A program made the translations under genes and the position numbers. Positions 10,162-24,319 of a stretch of DNA of 64,000 bases are shown here, one piece after another (the stretch's first letter is position 1; every line of letters begins with the position of its first letter). The notes under the pieces were generated by a model. It made no database searches. It was given only the letters and a program-made list of their open reading frames with translations, and was not told the origin of the DNA. The stretch spans positions 4,302,175 through 4,366,174 of the forward strand of contig NC_134032.1 of NCBI RefSeq assembly GCF_964204645.1. Reading direction: 5' to 3'. Source of the DNA: Tubulanus polymorphus (Eukaryota > Animalia > Nemertea).

Positions 10162-13100
10162 CGGTGGTTCTAAACACCGACCAAAACCGTCCAATACCGC
10201 CTGAAACCGTCCAATACCGACCAAAAGCCGTCCAACACCGACCAAAAGTAAAATTAGTACCGACCAAAATTGTAACAACCACCAAAAGTAGAATATGATA
10301 CCGACCAAAACTAAGCCGAGTAAAATGATACCCGACATCGTCTGATACCGACCAAAAGAATTTTGAACTAATCGCACAGATAATTCTCAAAACAAGCTAC
10401 GCGTGTCACTTCGATCACTGAGCGACCACAGTTCAATTTTGAATAGGTACCGAAACTGTTTAACTTTGTTAAATCTTTCACTACTTGAAAACTAATTCAT
10501 GATCATTGGAAGGAATCACTCACTCACTCACTCAGTCACTCACTCCGTAATTGGCGTATCAAAGCAAACACAACTGAGACAAGTAATTTTTGTTTCAATT
10601 ATTCATATCCTAATAACTTGCTTTGATCATTATGTACTGAACGACCACAGTTCAATTTTCAATAGGTAATTACAACTTTAGTCAGTTGCCTAAAGTAATT
10701 TAATATCTTTCACTTATTGAAAAACTAATTTATGATCATTAGAAAAATGATACCCGACATCGATTCACTCACTAACTCCGTAATTGGCGTATCAAAGCAA
10801 ACGCAACTGAGACTAATTTTTGTTTCAATTTCCACAATAACTTGCTTTGATCAAATTATTTACTGAACGACCACAGTTCAATTTTGAATAGGTAATTACA
10901 ACTTTAGTTGCCTACTGTTAGTAATTACACTTTCTGTAATACTATATAAAGTCACAATTTTTAGACAGGGCCATCATTCATCGACAAAATTACGTAAAAA
11001 CAATGGCATCGAGAAAAATTCAACCCCGTCGTCGTAAGGTCCGTTGGCCTTGTAGTTTTTGCAGCCTGGAATGTAAAGATCATTCGATATATTGTCCCTT
11101 CTGTGAAATGTGGAGCCATTCAAGCTGGGAGAAAATATCAGCAAATATATTGGAAAGTCTTGGTGAACTGCCTGGAAATTATAGCTGCAACTCGTGCCGC
11201 CACGAAGAAAACGGTTCATTATCTTATGGCCACGCACTAAAACGATTGGAAGAGTCTGCGATGAAAGGAATAAAAGGTCTAAAGGATGAAGCAAAAATGC
11301 TTACGTTACTTTTCCCTGACCAAGAGTCGAAAATGCAATTATCCGTAGTTAAAGAGTCAGAACTTCAAGTCGATGGGTACAGCAAACACCTGCTAGATAT
11401 GATCGGACCATCGTTCGAGGAAATGGAAATTGTCTATTTAATTCAGTTTCCGTCGCACTTTCAGGAACAGAAGAATTGGCGACGGAACTGAGAGTACGAA
11501 CTTGTATGGAAATGGTATTGAATTCAACATTCTATAAGAACCATGGTAATTATGCTGACTTCCTAAAGTGTTCTCCTGAATTCGACACGGCATGTCTTGA
11601 AGCTGCCAAGAACCACTCATATTCTTCGATATTTACAGTTCAGGCATTGGCAACCGTTTTACAACGGCCAATAATGTCCGTGTACCCAGCAGTCAACGGA
11701 ATTTTTTATCATTGCGCTAGAATACTTAATTGGAATTTTAATCCAAGAGACAAAGGTATCGCCAAGAAAAGAAAACGACAAAATCAACAAGAAATCTATT
11801 TAATGTGGACTAAGTCGACTACAGATGAAAGGCCAAGAACAGATGAAACTTGGTTACCAAACCATTTCGTTCCACTATTGGAAAAAGAAAAGGCAATGAA
11901 GGAACGAAACATAGGGCCACCACCCGAGCAGAAACGAGTTGAACAACGTAAGAAAAGGAATGTCCATTTTACTCCAACCAAAAGAGAAAGTGAAATCGAC
12001 GAAATGGCCGAAAAGCGGAGCCGAAATATCAGTCCAGTCCGACGACACACATCAACACCAGAAATCAGCAACCAGTTTGAAAAGAAAACCGTTCCAGTCG
12101 AAGAGTTCAACCGAAGTGAATTTTTGACATCATCTCCGATTCTTGATGAATCGTGGGATTTATCACCGAAATCAAGTCTTGAGGAAAAGGATGAATTTCA
12201 GGAAACCGATGGACTGAATGCAAGTCGAAAAGTAAGAGAAATCAGTATGTGTGTGGATGTCGAGGGAACGAATGAATTTTCAGTAATGTCAGAAGAAGTT
12301 ATAGAAGATACGTCGATCAATTACCAACGTCTTCAGAACGGTCGTTTCCTTGATAGCATGGATATACTTGGTATTTGTGAAAACACAAAAAACACACCAA
12401 AATTAACTCAAATCCCATGTGGCGTTAAAGAAAATCTGTTTTACGTGCTCGACAATAGCCAGAATGTCGATAGGAGAAAGAAACAATATGAAAGTAATTT
12501 TACAGATGATTGCGGCGCTTGGGTATCGAGCTCGTCATCCACAAAGAAAGTCCTCCTTTATCCCGAAGGTGATCGCTACAAAGTGACAGAACTAAAAAAC
12601 AGTCTATATTGTACTAAAATCAAGGGTGAATGGTTACCATTGGAGCCGCAGCCAAATCGCGATGATATCGTTGATCTTCGTCGTTTCTACGCAACATTAA
12701 AACGAAAAAACGACTATAAGAAGCGCATTTCTTGGATCGAAAACGGACCAGCTAAATTCAACCAGACAATTTCTGTTGTTGAATACATCGGTGGATTCCC
12801 TACCACTAGAAGCGCTCATGGCCACGCAAAGCATTCAACAAATGAATACATCCGCACGGCACCAGATAGAATCGAAACGATATGTAGAGAGGTTGAGAAT
12901 AATAACCCAAGCACAGTATATCGGCAAATGGCTCAGGCGGATGACTCGATCGATGCTCCACGTAATTTGAAGCAAGTCCTAAATGCGAAATATAAAGTCG
13001 ACCGCGAGAAACGAGATGCCCAGACCGCAACAAAATCGAACAGAAAAAATACAGCGGACGATATGCAAACAGTCATGAATATGATGGGAGAAAACAAATT

Positions 13101-15057
13101 CATAAATCGTACAACTAGACGGCAAACCACCAAATGTCATCCTGTACACCGATGAACAATTGCACGATGTTCGCAAGTTTTGTATTGAGGCCGAGCATCC
13201 TGAAGTTTTAGGTGTTGACCGAACTTTCAATCTCCGTCCGTGTTATCTAACACTTACAGTGCATAAAAATATCAACTTGTTACGCTGTAAAACTAATGAA
13301 CCTCCAATTATGCTGGGCCCTATGTACCTACACTGGGATGGATTATGTATTACTTACCAACGTTTTTTTTCCCCATCTTAGAGCGGCACTTGAAGGCGAT
13401 ATAACTACTCAGGTCGGATTTTCTGAGCTTTTAGTCGGTTCCGACGAAGAAACAGCGCTACTGAAAGCCATCAAACAAAGTTTTCCGAACGCCCAACAGG
13501 TATTATGTCATCGACATTTGGAAGAAAACGTCCGGAGACACCTTCAACACAAGGTCGGGGCGAATGATAAAATAAAACACAATGTGATTAAATCTATATT
13601 TGGAAAAAACGGTATTTTTGATAGCGAAAGTGAATTTGATTTCGAGAACATGGTAATGAATATAAGAGAGAAGATCACGCGTGTAGTTCCAAATTTTCTA
13701 TCTTATTTTGAGAAACTCGTTCCAAAACTTAAAAAGTATGTATTTGAACCAAAATTAAGAAACCATTGGATTCCTACGAATTGGACAAATAACAATTGCG
13801 AGTCATTGAATCACGTTATTAAGATGGCGATAAACTGGAAAATTCAGAAAGTGCCCGACTTAATTACAAAGTTCACGAGATCGTACGACTTCAGTATATT
13901 GACATGAGGCGAGCTTTACACGGCCAAGGAAATTACCAACTCGCCCCGAAATTGAGAAATTTTGCAGTCAGCCATGCAGTACGGGCAACAAAAACTAAAG
14001 ATGAAAAAACAAAACATTTTGAAAAATTCATGAAATATAAAACACCACGCAAAGTTAACAACTTAATCACCTCAACAGATGGTACTCTATGCATCCCAAA
14101 AACGGCTACAACTGCGAAGAAGCCCGGGCAGAGAAAGCGAACCAAAAGTGAACGAACGACACCTGCTCGAAGAAAATTAGATATGTAAAGTTTGTTAATA
14201 TAGATTGTAAATAAGATTTCTTAATCAACATTCATTTTGATTTGTTTTTCAGTTATTCGGAAAGAGTTTGTCACATTTGATAGTAAAATTCTAATCATGG
14301 ATTTGGCATTTGAAATGGGTTTATCCAATTGCATTCTACTGATATGCTGTATCCTTACTCAAAATCAAAACTACTCTATTGTCCTAGCTCTTTAGTCATA
14401 TATTTCAACTTGTGTGCTGGTAAGTGGACTCAATTATTCATTTCTCAGTTTGATATATACTTGATATATTACCATGTTTTTTCTTTGTTTTAGAGTTAAT
14501 CCTAAAGAAGTACCATGAATTTCTTTCCTCAATTTCAGCGATGTTTCGGCGGTATGAAAATAAGTCAAACTTCGTAACTTTGCGCATCGGGCAGCATGGA
14601 TGTTTTTCGGCGTCGAATGTGGTAGGTGGACTCCGTTCAAGGTTTATTCAATGCTGTGTTTATTATTTGACAACCCTTAAATAACTCGGTTTCATTTCTA
14701 TGTCATTTCAGCAGGTTGAGGTCTGTTTGAGCGCTGTCTAGGAACACCCATGCATAACGATCGACTGACGCTAGAAGATTAAAATCGAATGTGCTTAATG
14801 TATAAAGTCTAATTGTGTATTTTGTAGATTGTATTTTGATCGGCTGTCAATAAAAATTTCAAAATTCGATTCGAGTTTTAATTCTTGATATTTATTCGGC
14901 TTTGGGAATGAAAATCTTCGGTTGGGAGGATTTTGGTCGGTGTTTGGCAGCTTTTGGTCGGTATTGGACGGCTTTTGGTCGGTATCAGGCGGTTTTGGTC
15001 GGTATTGGACGGTTTTAGGCGGTATTGGACGGTTTTGGTCGGTGTTTAAGATTACCC
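10162..15057 (+). mobile_element. MuDR/Mutator transposon, Rehavkus-like, full length
   Basis: TIRs built from ~21-bp tandem repeats (ACCGACCAAAACCGTCCAAT). Direct repeat CTTGGAAT at 10154-10161 and 15058-15065. Internal MULE transposase; ~220-bp subterminal direct repeats at 10417, 10636 and 10862. Confidence 0.9.
11003..14188 (+). pseudogene. PHD finger + OTU/vertnin-like cysteine protease + MULE DDE transposase, at least 4 frameshifts
   Basis: PHD-like CSFC...CPFCEMWSH...CNSC; VRGNGNCLFNSVS (alternative frame, ~11407-11475) with WLPNHFVPLL; GVDRTFNL, SDEETAL, CHRHLEEN and TNNNCESLN transposase motifs. Shifts near 11405, 13105, 13365 and 13870. Confidence 0.85.
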
Positions 15058-15479
15058 CTTGGAATGGTGGTAGCCATATCCGCCGAGTAAACAACACTGC
15101 GAGTTTCGTCCCCACTGACTCGAATAGACACTTCACATTCATGGCATGACGATTTCATTTATTTCATACACTGTGTACGAAGTTTGTTAGACAATTAATT
15201 TTCGTAGATTGAACAATTTCCAAGATTCACTCCCCTCTCCCAATTTCACTGCTCTTCTATATCAATATACTACATAGCAGCAGTATATGTGACATACACG
15301 CGTGTGAAGCATGAATATACGTAACAGGGCATGTGCTCATTCCGAAAGGAAATGTAGTTCCAACAACAAATGAGTAACTAAATAAACAAATAAGCAACGG
15401 ATTCCGATGAAATTCAATAGGGTTAGAGATTCTATAACTGCATTGAATGTTTTGAAAGTTCCGAACAGTAACTAAGCCT

Positions 15480-15830
15480 CGTTTGGAAGTTATTTTGTGC
15501 CAAAGGAAGAAAGTTTCATATGGACTTGGCAAATTGGACTTGGCTAAAGCGAAGGTCCATAAAAATCTACCCAACGAAGAGTAAAGATGAATGCCAAAGA
15601 CTGAACTTAAAATCACCTTTGGTGTGGACCTCTATAGAATTTACAACACTAATAGATTCTTGCGCCAATTCAGATTGACGATGTGCATCGGAATCCTGGA
15701 AAGGCCAATCGTAAGGATCTGAAATAACCACGGAGGACCAACATTTGACAAGGTTATTCAACTCGGCATAAGACAAATTTCAAGTTAGTAAGTCAGCTGG
15801 GTTATCGGCGGATGGGCAATATCGCCACGA
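15480..15830 (-). mobile_element. BEL/Pao LTR retrotransposon pol remnant
   Basis: Minus strand reads WRYCPSADNPADLLT ... GPPWL ... WP ... LYSSLGRFL, the BEL/Pao RNaseH-to-integrase linker signature. Confidence 0.7.
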
Positions 15831-15989
15831 CTCAGAACCGAGAATGAGTTTGAGACAAAGGCTCCTCATCGTGCAGCAGTTAAAGCTATCATCAGCTCTA
15901 ACCTGGGGAGTGTTAACGAAGTAAATGGAGCTACTCGAGACTGGGAGAAAACCAATGTTGTCTCAATCCCCGAAACAAGATACACGCAT

Positions 15990-16335
15990 GATAGGATAGG
16001 ATTGTAAATTTCTATAGCGCCTTGTAAATTGCAGAACTATTATCAGAGGCGCTCTCCAGACGAAGATGATTACTTGAACAGAAATGTCTTGAGCTGTGCT
16101 TTGAATGCTGGCAGAGAGTCAATATCACGGAGAGGTTGCGGAAGGGAGTTCCACACTGTAGGTGCAAATGTCTCAAACGCACGTCCGCCGAATGAATTAA
16201 GACGACATGATCTGACTAACAGAAGGTTCTGCGACCCGGAACGAAGTGTTCGGACTGGGCTGTAAACTGTTAACAGGCTGGAGAGGTAAGCGGGTGCCAA
16301 GTTATGGAGGCACTTGAAAACCAGCAAAGCAACTG
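15990..16335 (-). mobile_element. 5'-truncated LINE (L2/CR1-group) 3' end
   Basis: FKCLHNLAPAYLSSLL...RAF...APTVWNSLP...FKAQLKTFLF, followed by an AGCGCC...GGCGCT 3' stem-loop and a short repeat tail. Confidence 0.85.
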
Positions 16336-16509
16336 AACAACAGCAACACGAACAATAAGCCTTTTTGACTTGCATCACCAAATACTTGCAATGAAAAATT
16401 ATCAACGAATTCAAGAGCACTACAGTGCAACGGTCTTATTGTGTGGATTATGATTGAGTTGAGACATAAGAGTGAAAATTCAAAAGACGAAGTTTCTTAA
16501 TCGTTTCAG

Positions 16510-16570
16510 ATTCTGTTGAGTTTTCTGATCGTTGGTCACACACACGAAGACATCGACCAGCTGTTTAGCG
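16510..16570 (+). mobile_element. Sola-like DNA transposase exon remnant
   Basis: After a TTTCAG acceptor: ILLSFLIVGHTHEDIDQLFS. Confidence 0.55.
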
Positions 16571-18049
16571 TGTACGTCAAGGTTGAGAAGAAAACTCTAA
16601 CTCTAACTGTGTGATGGCATCGAGTTGGAGGGTTTGTTGGATATTTGATCTTGGCTAGCTCCACATCCAATCAACATGAACAACCACAACCATTCGAAAC
16701 CAAGAATGTTTCTATTTCGTAGGGACAGCCAAGATTAGTCGCAAGCAAAGATGTACTAAAGGAGTATATCAACAGTAACTAACAAGTTTAACTAGTCTAC
16801 TAACTGGCGCACCTTTAGTGCTCAATAAGAACTATTCTACTATTGAGATCAAGGAAATAAAAAAAGAATATAGAGAAATGGAAAGGCATTTACCACAGGA
16901 GAAACAAGAATTGCGGAATGATTTTCTTAATGCCATCGAAAATAGGCCATATCTTCCATATTTGAAGTAACAGAAAGGCTATCAACCCTATAGTAAGTAC
17001 ATGTATATTGCGGTAATTTATACTGATAGATATCTAAAAATATGTAATTTGTAGTCAACAAGTTGATGTAGCCACCAAATATTATGTCGATGTCTCTGTG
17101 GCCATGGACCTATTGTCCCCGTTTGGATCAAAAAGTTCAATAGACAATGGAGCAACCGTTACTGTACTTAAAAAGGACTTCCAGATACTAATGATTCATA
17201 TTGTTCAGACTTTCCGAAATTGCCGGGCGACAGATGATTTAGTCAATGGCTTCATCAAATGGTCAGAGGGCGTTCATGGAGATAGCCTGTTATGCAGCAA
17301 AATAGAGAAGACAGCAGGTAGAATACAATTTAAAGGCGACAGACAATTCATTGTCTATACTATTGCTAGAAGAATATCTTGAGAGGGTAATGTCAGAGGG
17401 AAAATGCCCTGGTACAATCGACGCTTATTGTTCAGTCTGGTTTCTCGGCCTATATCGAATATTAAGTAATTAATGATGCGGGTCGCATAAGCCTACCAGT
17501 CTTTTCCATTCAGATTCTCTATCGGTGTCTGCATTGATATTGAAAAATCAGAAATGCCCCTTGACCAAAGGTCTGCTCTTTCATGTTTTTTCGAATTATA
17601 ACAAGTCATTCAAACAGCGTAATTGATGCAATTGATACTTCGTTAAGCTCTGTACCCTACCAAATGTTGAACATGAACCGTAAACAAATATTGCATATTT
17701 TTCCTATATCTATATCTAATTGGTTAGTTTATTGCGAATATTCTACAAAAAAAATAACATTTAATTTGACATTATTTTGTGAATATTCTTTGTAATTATT
17801 TTGGATATTTAACAAAAATTAAGTATTTAAACTATCCGACGTGACGCGGCCCGCAAGTATCGACGAGAGTCCCGACCGCAACCGTCATTGGGTAACTCTG
17901 GTTAATGTTACCCTAACCAGTTGTAAATTTTGAATATTTCCTGTTTTTAATTTAGCGTTTTGTTTCTTACTTTATGATATGGAATAGCCATGATGTATTT
18001 TTTGACACTCAGCTACAACAATGTTTATTTCTTTCATTATTCATGTGAC

Positions 18050-19260
18050 CTTTCCTTAATTTTAGCTGAAAGTAATGTCGACATCCTTGCCAATTGTTTG
18101 GACCATGAAACAGGTACAACATATCCTAGTTTTATTTCTTACTCACTGTAAAATGCTACGGGACATAGGCCTGTACCTGTTATGGGCCACAACATGCCTA
18201 TTGTAAGAAATCTCGGGTAGGATTCGGGCTTATTTATTCAATTAACTATTGAAAAATTATTGAAAACCAATTATATTAAATCTCTGAAAACGATTTTCTC
18301 AACTTTATGTAATCTGTCCTTGTTTTTTAGCTGAAAGTAATGTCGACAGGTCTGCTAATTGTTCGGATCATGAAACAGGTACAACATATCCTAGTTTTAT
18401 TTCTTACTCACTGTAAAATATGCTACGGGACATATACCTGTAATGGGCCATAACATATGCCTATTGTATGAAATCCCGGGTAGGATTCGGGCTTATTTAT
18501 TCAATTAACTATTGAAAAAATATTGAAAACAGATTATATTAAATCTCTGAAAACGATTTTCTCAAGTTTATGTAATCTGTCCTTGTTTTTTAGCTGAAAG
18601 TAATGTCGACAGGTCTGCTAATTGTTCGGATCATGAAACAGGTACGATGAATCCTAGTTTTATTTCTTACTCACTGTAAAATATGCTACGGGACATATAC
18701 CTGTTATGGGCCATAACATATGCCTATTGTAAGAAATAATGCTACGGGACCTATACCTGTTATCCTATTTGTCCCCAGACAATTGCCCCCGCCCAAAGTA
18801 AATCCTTTTAAATCTGGATTAACATCACCTAAATACTTCATGTAACCAACAACAACTTTACTTAGAAATTCATTCAAATTAGTTTTAGTTTACTTGAGCA
18901 GATCAAAACCCTTACAAACAATCCTCAAGTAATTATAATCCACTTACGATATCAAAGGAAACTTAGTTAGTCCACTTATTAGTGACAAAATTATCGGAAT
19001 CAGTTTTAGTGTTTAGCTAAAGTTAGTTAGCTAGTCTAAATTTAGTTAGTTCTAAGTTGGTTAGTCTAATTTATCAGAAGTTAGTATCTGTGCTACTTTA
19101 GGGTTAAAAGTTACTTAGGCGGGGGCAATTGTCCTAGAATCACCTGTTATGGGCCATAACATATGCCTATTGTAAGAAATCCCGGGTAGGATTCGGGCTT
19201 ATTTATTTAATTAACTATTCAAAAATTATTTCTGAACTTCACATGACCTGTCCTTGTTTT
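18050..19260 (+). repeat. Tandem ~264-bp exon+intron units
   Basis: Three copies of a 48-nt AG/GT-bounded exon (18066-18113, 18331-18378, 18594-18641) together with duplicated intron sequence. Confidence 0.85.
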
Positions 19261-20447
19261 GTTAGCTGACAGAAATGACGTCAACAATGAAAATTCAACA
19301 TCAGAACCCAGCGAATCCGATGGTGCAGAGACGTTTTCTGAGGGTTCATCGGGTGTTCATGTCCTTTCTGGTATCGAACTTGACGATGATAGTGGTGATG
19401 ATTATGATTATTTGCCAGAGGAACATTCAGATCAGTCTTCAAGTTCAGAGCTAGACTCTGATGATGAAGGTGAATAATATGATATTGATATAAGATATTT
19501 GAATAATGATTTCCTAGTTCATTTTTTGCCCATTGCGTTCAAATTTAGTGATTGTTGAGCATTTCAAACTGCGACCCAAGTGGGCAAGGTGTTCCTTGAC
19601 CCATAGTCTTCATAAATTAATTTCGAGAAATTAATTTAACATCTATGCTTTGGCCTTGGATGTTCAAACAATGTCGTTTGTTTGGTTCCTCCAAGCAACT
19701 AAATAATGTTGTTCTGTATTTGTGTTAATTTAGAGGTCGAAGAGGAAGCGTACGTGACAGATGACTTCACTAAAAGACTCAGGATCCAGACCTTAAACGG
19801 TAGGCGTTTCTTTGTTTTACTCTTTTCTGTGAGTGGACTAGATTAATAAACCATGATTAGCCTACCTGGGAGACTGCAGCGAGCTTCTGTAACCTTTCAC
19901 TTTTCATGATTTACACAATAAAAAATCGATACCTTGTTTCTGTGCAGCTGCCGGGTCGGAAAAATCATGCTGAAAATTTGTAAAAATAAAATCCTGGCAG
20001 GGTCCCTTCGAAAAGCAGGTGTGAATTTAATTTTAAAATACCATCTGGCCTGTCGCGTGAATATAAACCTTAGTTCGAGCTTTATATGTTCAAGCTGATG
20101 TATTATTTATAGTTCATGAAGTGGGAAAAAATCATCAGAGTGACACGTGCACTAATCCTCGCTCGGTAAAGAAAAGACTTTAAAGCGGGGGGCACACTGG
20201 GCGACAACATGTTTGATATAGTCGCCAGCGATTTAGCGGTCGTCCGCCTCGAGCGCCGTATTCAACGGACTAGTGCAGGCCGTAGATGTTAACGGTGATT
20301 GAATTGAACGATGCTGCCGAGTCCATACAAAATCTATCGGGCCCTATTGGTTTCCTGTAACGTTTTTCATTTTAGAAAAATAAGAGACAAATTATATTGT
20401 TTCCTTACAGTTATTGTGCCAACATATACTAAAACAGATGCTGGAGG
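18066..20447 (+). pseudogene. Spliced acidic low-complexity coding exons (gene identity uncertain, possibly a Crypton-like element)
   Basis: Phase-1 symmetric exons of 48, 48, 48, 204 (19266-19469) and 66 nt (19734-19799), then an acceptor at 20411. They splice into an open frame: AESNVDRSANCSDHET...DSDDE/EVEEEAYVTDD.../VIVPTYTK. Confidence 0.55.
18764..19141. mobile_element. MULE-type MITE
   Basis: 9-bp TSD ACCTGTTAT (18755-18763, 19142-19150); subterminal inverted repeat GACAATTGCCCCCGCC. Confidence 0.85.
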
Positions 20448-20749
20448 TAGAGACATATAATATGTTAGTCAGCTATATAACCGGCAGGGTTTGCTTCATC
20501 TTACTTCATTTCGAGGAAGGATGCAAATAGCGAAAATGATTGTCTCAGTCTCGATTAAATGAGACAATATAGTTTGATTTTATAGGTTTAGGGAGCTTTG
20601 GATTCTCAATAAAGTTTTTTGCATACCCCGGTATGTTCTACTTGCATTACTTGCTATTCGTTTCGCACTGGTAAAAAGAAATTCTCTCCCGCATCTTTTC
20701 CATAAGTCTCTATTTCAACTTTTTTATTTAAGAATAACAATAGAAATAT

Positions 20750-21882
20750 AATTGGCCGCCCTTGTCACTTTCCAGAAAAAATCTGATGAGAAACTAGGGT
20801 ATTACTATTACTTAGTGTGGCCTAATCTGTTTTTCAACACCTGTTGGGATGTGGAGCTAATCACAGGCGCCCTTATATTGAATTCGGAGTCATGTAGCTT
20901 CCTACTGGTTTGCCATTTTTCATTGAAATTTGGGTGGCTATTCTATGGATAGGGTTCTGTAGCTGAGACAGGTATTTTTGATCAGCCAATTATCACGCAA
21001 TTGGCGGCCATTTTGTTGTCATCAGTACTTATGAGCTTCAACTTTGTAATTGATTGTGGTAACCAAATATGCTTAGGTATCAACATAATGTGGTTTTTTC
21101 CACCTACGCATAAGTACTGATGATACCATAATGGCCGCCAATTGCGTGATAATTGGCTGATCAAAAATACTACAAAGTTGAAGCTCATGACATGTTCTAT
21201 GATTTTGGTGAGTTCAAAGTCTTTGGTTTTTGGTATATGGCCACCAGGGTGTTTGGAATAATACATTAACTTAGAATTTCAATATTATATTAATATCTAA
21301 GCGTTTTTTGTCACCACAATCAATTGTTAAGTGGTAGCTCATGACATGTTCTAGGTGGAGGTAGAGGTGAGTTACAAGGTCATTGGGATTTGCATATGGT
21401 CACCAGGGGGCGTTGAATAGTAGAATAACTTAAGGCGCTTTTACGAAACTGAATCTTTGTAAATCGATTTAAGTTTCACGTTTATGGCACGCGGTTTAGT
21501 GAATCCGATTTGGTAAATCAACTCGTTTATGGAAACGATTAAGTAAATTGATTTATTAAATCGACTCACTTGCTCGGCCTGCAAGTTAGTGGCGATTAGT
21601 GGCGTCCTCTTCGACTGCAGGCTAAAGACATCTATTAGCTAATCCGAATCAGATTCAATTTCATAAAAGCGCCTTTAGTATTTCCATATTATATTGGTAC
21701 TGAGGCATGTATTGTTATCACAATCAATTGCAAAATTGTAGCTGCTGACATGTTCTATGATTGTGGTGAGTTTCACGATCATTGGTTTTAGTATATGGTC
21801 ACCAGGGGAATTGAATATTGAAATGGTGGTTGGATTGTTGAAAGCCTTTCCAAGTAGGCATGGTGTATCTGGACCCCTAGTT
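20750..21882 (-). mobile_element. Helentron-associated interspersed element (HINE), inverted copy of 39621-40862
   Basis: Reverse-complement similarity to 39621-40450, including the CTAGGGGTCCAG end and the ~150-bp core repeats. Confidence 0.75.
21433..21674. mobile_element. PIF/Harbinger-type MITE
   Basis: TIR AGGCGCTTTTAYGAAA with TTA duplicated on both sides. Confidence 0.8.
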
Positions 21883-22274
21883 TCCTTTGTGTTGAGTTTC
21901 ATGGTCATTTTAGGTGATTGGAATTATTTCACATATATTTCTTTATAGTAAAGCGTAGATGGAGTGATGATAAAAATGAGGTTTTTTTGAAGCTGTAATA
22001 CCATACCTCAAGAAGAGGAAAGCAGCGCCAGGTTGCATTTTGAATGAGCTCAAAGAAAAATTAAATGGAAGAAGCGTCAATCAGTTGAGAACTCGGACAC
22101 ATAATTATTTGTCTGTAAAAGCAAATGCTTCCCCAGAAGTACATGTAAAATTACGAATAAAATGAGTAAGGCCACACCAAAGAAATCCTGTTTCTCGGAC
22201 GGGGCAATCACCAAAATGGGTAGGTAGGTAGAGAATGTTTATGCCGAACAACACGTTGTGGTGGCACTGTATTC

Positions 22275-22890
22275 ACTTTGGCGTCTGTTCGCAGTGGTTT
22301 CCGTGCCCTGGCACCTTAACCCTATGACAGATTTCCTTCCAATTCTATACATGTAGTTGTGTTGTACTATATGAGGTTAGTAACTGATTAGATTTTGGGT
22401 CATGTAGGTCTTAGGACAATGTCACAGGAAGCCATTTTGTAAATTTCATTTCCGGGCTCTAACTCAAAAACGGTTTAAGATAACTTAATGAAATTCTATG
22501 GATAGGTTATCCTAGACACCGTGGGTAAGTGAATAGATTCCGGGTCCTGTTGGTCAAAGGTCATGGTTACTAGAAGCTGTTATGTATTTTTCATTTCCGG
22601 GCTCTATCTCTAGACGGTTTGAGTTAATTTGGTTACTTTTTTGGATGGGTTTTCCAAGAGACTGTGAGTAACTTGATTACATTCGTGTTCTGTAGGGTCA
22701 AAGGTCAAGGTCACGAAGAGCTGTTTTGTATTTTCAATTTCCGGGCTCCTTATTCATAAATGGTACAAGATAACTTTGTGAAATTTCCTGCCTGTATAAA
22801 TAGGTCGACATACGCTTGGGGTGTATCTTACACTCAGGCGTTTCACCTGATGTGGGGGCATCAGTCGTCTTCAGCGACATTCTAGGATTC
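22275..22890. mobile_element. Second HINE-like family with ~145-bp internal tandem repeats
   Basis: TTTCCGGGCTC recurs at ~22450, 22595 and 22740; GGTCAAAGGTCAAGGTCAC motif typical of these elements. Confidence 0.55.
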
Positions 22891-24229
22891 TTTTTTCTTT
22901 TATAGAAAAATGGGGTAGATCGCCGTAAATAATTTTTATTGGACCAAATGTTTAGTCAGGAACATGATTAACAGCTAGTAGACTACAATAATTGAGGTGT
23001 TTGTACAATTATACAACCTATAAAACCTATTGCACAATCTATACAGATATATTTTGAACATATTTCACGGAAATCCTGGAATTTTACAATCCAAGGTCGC
23101 CATCGATGTCCGATTAGCAAAGTTGTCTGAGCATGGCTGCACCATTTCCAGAATCAAATTGTTATATCCGATGCAATATAATATTTTTATGGTGTTGATC
23201 TCGGTGCCGACATCACGATTTGATTAAAAAGAAAAAATGTTTACAAGAATTAACAAGAATGGAGAATTTGGTAGTCGGTCGGCTGCATATATATTTTTTG
23301 AAAAAAGTTATTTCACCCAAAATGTTGAAAAAGGGTCGGCAGGCAATTACATTTTTTCTGAAAATGATTATTTGAAACGACGAAATATTATTATAAAATG
23401 AGTAACATGTTAAATTACTAATAAAATAAAATGAGTAACATAATGAATTGCGAATGAAATAAAATGAATTACATGTACAATTACGAATGAAATAAAATGA
23501 ATACCTATCAAAATTTTTGTGTTTGTTATAGTTAGATTGAGCATGATTATTAATGAAGGTCTACTCTGAAAATAGATATAGAAGGTGATATGCAACTTTA
23601 TTTTAAAAAAGCTCATAACCAAAAAATTCGCCAGCCCTCGTCATGTCTAGAAAAGAAGTGTACGAATTAAGGAATAAGTAAAACGACAATCACAACCGAA
23701 GAACGTACTACATGCATGAGATAGCTATGATTGAATGTTCTGCATTCAAGTTGAAAGCGTTTCACGTAAAACATTTTTGAGGTCTTATTATTGCTCGTCG
23801 TATTTTGGATGGTCTAAATTGGTCCTAGCAGCACAGCGCATATCTCTGAGTGATTTCATGCAAAATTGAGATGATAGTAAGTGATATACCTGTACTATCG
23901 ATATTCAACTCGACTCTACCTACTTATTTAGGTGGAGTCGATGACTACATACTACGGGATTTCCATATGGCACTGGTTTCAAATGCGTCATTGTTCAAGT
24001 TACGGGACGTCAGTATAAAATCATGAAAAGGGACATTTGATACTTTGGGACAAATATATATCGTAAATGCGATATGATTCTAGTTGCGGGACGTCAGTAC
24101 GAAACCACGAAGAGGGACATTTGACACTATGGGATATATATATATATGATAAACACCCCATTTATTGGTTTTAAAATTACACCCCATTTATCGGTTTTAG
24201 ATAGACGTCCCGCTACTCTACCTATGTAA

Positions 24230-24261
<32 letters not shown>

Positions 24262-24319
24262 TTGATTCTTTCATTCATTATGCGTTTACAATGTTGGACT
24301 GAAATCTCAAATGATTATT

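Noticed and set aside
10111-10390. ORFs 10111..10377 and 10124..10390 (also 14795..15149)
   Set aside because: They are translations of the tandem repeats within the MULE TIRs.
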